Shown one piece after another: positions 62,085-64,000 of a stretch of 64,000 bases of DNA. Made by a program: the position numbers and the translations under genes. Positions within the stretch are counted from its first letter, which is position 1. Every line of letters starts with the position of its first letter. The notes beneath the pieces are model-generated. The model did not search any database, was not told the origin of the DNA, and saw only the letters and a program-made list of their open reading frames with translations. Where the stretch lies: the NCBI GenBank assembly GCA_965204575.1, contig OZ241993.1, positions 1,241,674-1,305,673 of the forward strand, written 5' to 3'. Source of the stretch: an uncultured candidatus Porisulfidus sp. Lineage in GTDB: Bacteria > Pseudomonadota > Gammaproteobacteria > Poriferisulfidales > Poriferisulfidaceae.

Positions 62085-64000
62085 CTACTGGCAAGCCTCG
62101 CAGTCTTCGTCCATGGAGCAGAACGGAGTCGCGTTTTCGCCGGTGTCCGGGGCGGTCGCATTCGCGGCGACCGCGTTGAGTTGACTGCGCTCGTCGCCGG
62201 TGCTTTTCTCGACGTGCGTGGCACCGAGCGAGCGCAGGTAGTAAGTGGTCTTCAGGCCGCGTACCCAAGCCAACTTGTACAGGTTGTCAAGGTCGCGCCC
62301 GGAAGGCGTGGCCATGTAGAGGTTCAGCGATTGCGCTTGGTCAATCCATTTCTGTCGGCGCGAAGCGGCCTCCACCAGCCAGCGCGGATCCAGCTCGAAT
62401 GCCGTGATGTACAGCTGCTTGATCTCGTCCGGGATGCGGGCGATGTCCTGGATGCCGCCGTTGTAATGCTTGAGATCGTTGATCATCACGTCGTCCCACA
62501 GGTCTTCCTTCTTGAGGTCGCGCACCAGGTACAGGTTGATGACCGTGAATTCGCCGGACAGGTTGGACTTCACGAACAGGTTCTGGTAAGTGGGTTCGAT
62601 GCTTTGCGTCACGCCGGTGATATTGGAGATGGTGGCGGTCGGCGCGATGGCCATCGTGTTGGAGTTGCGGATGCCGAGGCGCACTTTTTCGCGCAGGGCG
62701 TCCCAGTCCATCGTAGTATCGGCATTGACCTGGTAGAACCGTTCGCCGCCGCGCGTCCGGCGGACCCGCTCAATTGAATCGATGGGCAGGATTCCTTCGG
62801 ACCATAGCGAGCCTTGGAAGCTCGGATAAGCGCCGCGTTCCTGAGCCAAGTCGGCAGACGCGTCAATGGCGAAGTAGCTGACCGCTTCCATGGATCGATC
62901 AGCAAAATCGATCGCCTCATCGCTGGCGTAGGGGATACGCAACTGGTACAGCGCGTCCTGGAACCCCATCAGGCCCAAGCCGACCGGGCGGTGGAGCAGG
63001 TTGGAACGGCGCGCCTTGGCGACGCTGTAGTAGTTGTAGTCGATCACGTTGTCCAGCATGCGCATGGCGGTCCGCACGGTGCGCTCGAGTTTTTCCATCA
63101 TCAGGCCGTTTTCGTCGACGTGGGCCGCGAGATTGATGGAACCGAGGTTGCACACGGCGATCTCGTCGTCGGAGGTGTTGAGCGTGATTTCGGTGCACAG
63201 GTTGGACGAATGGATGACGCCATGGTGCTGCTGCGGGGAGCGTAGGTTGCAGACGTCCTTGAAGGTGATCCAGGGATGGCCGGTCTCGTAGAGCATGCCC
63301 AGCATCTTGCGCCACAGGTCCCCGGCGCGGACTGTCTTGAAGTTCGAGATCTGTCCGTTTGCCGCCATCGCTTCGTATTGGGCGTAGCGGGTTTCGAACT
63401 CTTCGCCGATCAAGTCATGCAGGTCGGCTGTGTCACTTGGGCTGAAGAGGGTCCAGTCTCCATCGTCGGCGACGCGTTTCATGAACAGGTCCGGAACCCA
63501 GTTGGCCGTGTTCATGTCGTGCGTGCGCCGCCGGTCGTCGCCGGTGTTCTTGCGCAGTTCTAGGAATTCCTCGATGTCCAGGTGCCAGGTTTCGAGATAC
63601 GCGCACATGGCGCCCTTGCGCTTGCCGCCCTGGTTGACGGCGACGGCCGTGTCATTGGCCACCTTGAGGAACGGCACCACGCCTTGGGAGCGGCCGTTGG
63701 TGCCCTTGATGTGCGAGCCCATGGCGCGGATCCGGGTCCAGTCGTTGCCAAGGCCGCCAGCGAATTTGGACAGCATGGCGTCGTCCTTGATGGAACTGAA
63801 GATGCCGTCCAGATCGTCTGGCACGGTGGTCAGGTAGCACGAGGACAGTTGCGGGCGCAGGGTGCCGGAGTTGAACAAGGTCGGAGTCGAACTCATGAAG
63901 TCGAAGGTCGACAGCAGGTTGTAGAACTCGATGGTCCGGGCCTCCCGGTCCACTTCGGGGCCGGCAAGGCCCATGGCCACGCGCATAAAAAAGGCCTGAG
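62085..64000 (-). CDS. nrdA: Ribonucleoside-diphosphate reductase alpha subunit (C-terminal part; N-terminus beyond the window end)
   Basis: Active-site [10 protein letters not shown] and C-terminal redox pair DEDCEACQ. Frame is open to position 64000. Confidence 0.9.
   Translation of the reverse strand, partial: QAFFMRVAMGLAGPEVDREARTIEFYNLLSTFDFMSSTPTLFNSGTLRPQLSSCYLTTVPDDLDGIFSSIKDDAMLSKFAGGLGNDWTRIRAMGSHIKGTNGRSQGVVPFLKVANDTAVAVNQGGKRKGAMCAYLETWHLDIEEFLELRKNTGDDRRRTHDMNTANWVPDLFMKRVADDGDWTLFSPSDTADLHDLIGEEFETRYAQYEAMAANGQISNFKTVRAGDLWRKMLGMLYETGHPWITFKDVCNLRSPQQHHGVIHSSNLCTEITLNTSDDEIAVCNLGSINLAAHVDENGLMMEKLERTVRTAMRMLDNVIDYNYYSVAKARRSNLLHRPVGLGLMGFQDALYQLRIPYASDEAIDFADRSMEAVSYFAIDASADLAQERGAYPSFQGSLWSEGILPIDSIERVRRTRGGERFYQVNADTTMDWDALREKVRLGIRNSNTMAIAPTATISNITGVTQSIEPTYQNLFVKSNLSGEFTVINLYLVRDLKKEDLWDDVMINDLKHYNGGIQDIARIPDEIKQLYITAFELDPRWLVEAASRRQKWIDQAQSLNLYMATPSGRDLDNLYKLAWVRGLKTTYYLRSLGATHVEKSTGDERSQLNAVAANATAPDTGENATPFCSMDEDCEACQ

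Noticed and set aside
1-64000. tRNA, rRNA, tmRNA, integrase or prophage genes
   Set aside because: I scanned all intergenic gaps above about 60 nt and found no T-loop (GGTTCGAATCC-like) plus acceptor-stem arrangement. No phage structural or integrase-like translations were seen. The only RNA gene supported is 6S RNA.

Overview
High-GC chromosomal segment, probably from a sulfur-oxidising gammaproteobacterium. Support for that guess: dissimilatory APS reductase aprBA, a rhodanese-type sulfurtransferase, a Pseudomonas-like gshB-tonB-yqgE-ruvX-pyrR-pyrB-pyrC' block, and zapB-zapA-6S RNA synteny. I call about 70 genes. Most are housekeeping: hemCDXY, argH, lysA, aprBA, bolA, cmoAB, a PfkA-family kinase, gshA, djlA, fpr, ilvA, tpx, metK-ahcY, gshB, pyr genes, proC, metA, tatD, trhO, fabA, dinB and nrdAB. 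Many junctions show 4-nt start/stop overlaps. No tRNA, rRNA or CRISPR array was seen. Accessory content: an IS110-family (IS1111-like) insertion sequence at about 0.25-1.65 kb, a Phd/VapC toxin-antitoxin pair, and a strongly AT-rich single-gene islet at 28.4-29.1 kb. The most interesting region is a lower-GC islet at about 54.0-58.3 kb. It holds a PatD/LynD-like fused E1-YcaO heterocyclase, a convergent 91-aa NHLP-type RiPP precursor whose predicted core is only five residues (VLFCT), and a divergent secreted TraB/GumN (TIKI-fold) protein. No dehydrogenase, C39/ABC exporter or PatA/PatG protease is present in the window. All calls come from reading translations and motifs by eye, with no database search, so family names are recognition-level and start codons are best guesses. 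The many long antisense ORFs in the track are treated as GC-driven shadow frames.
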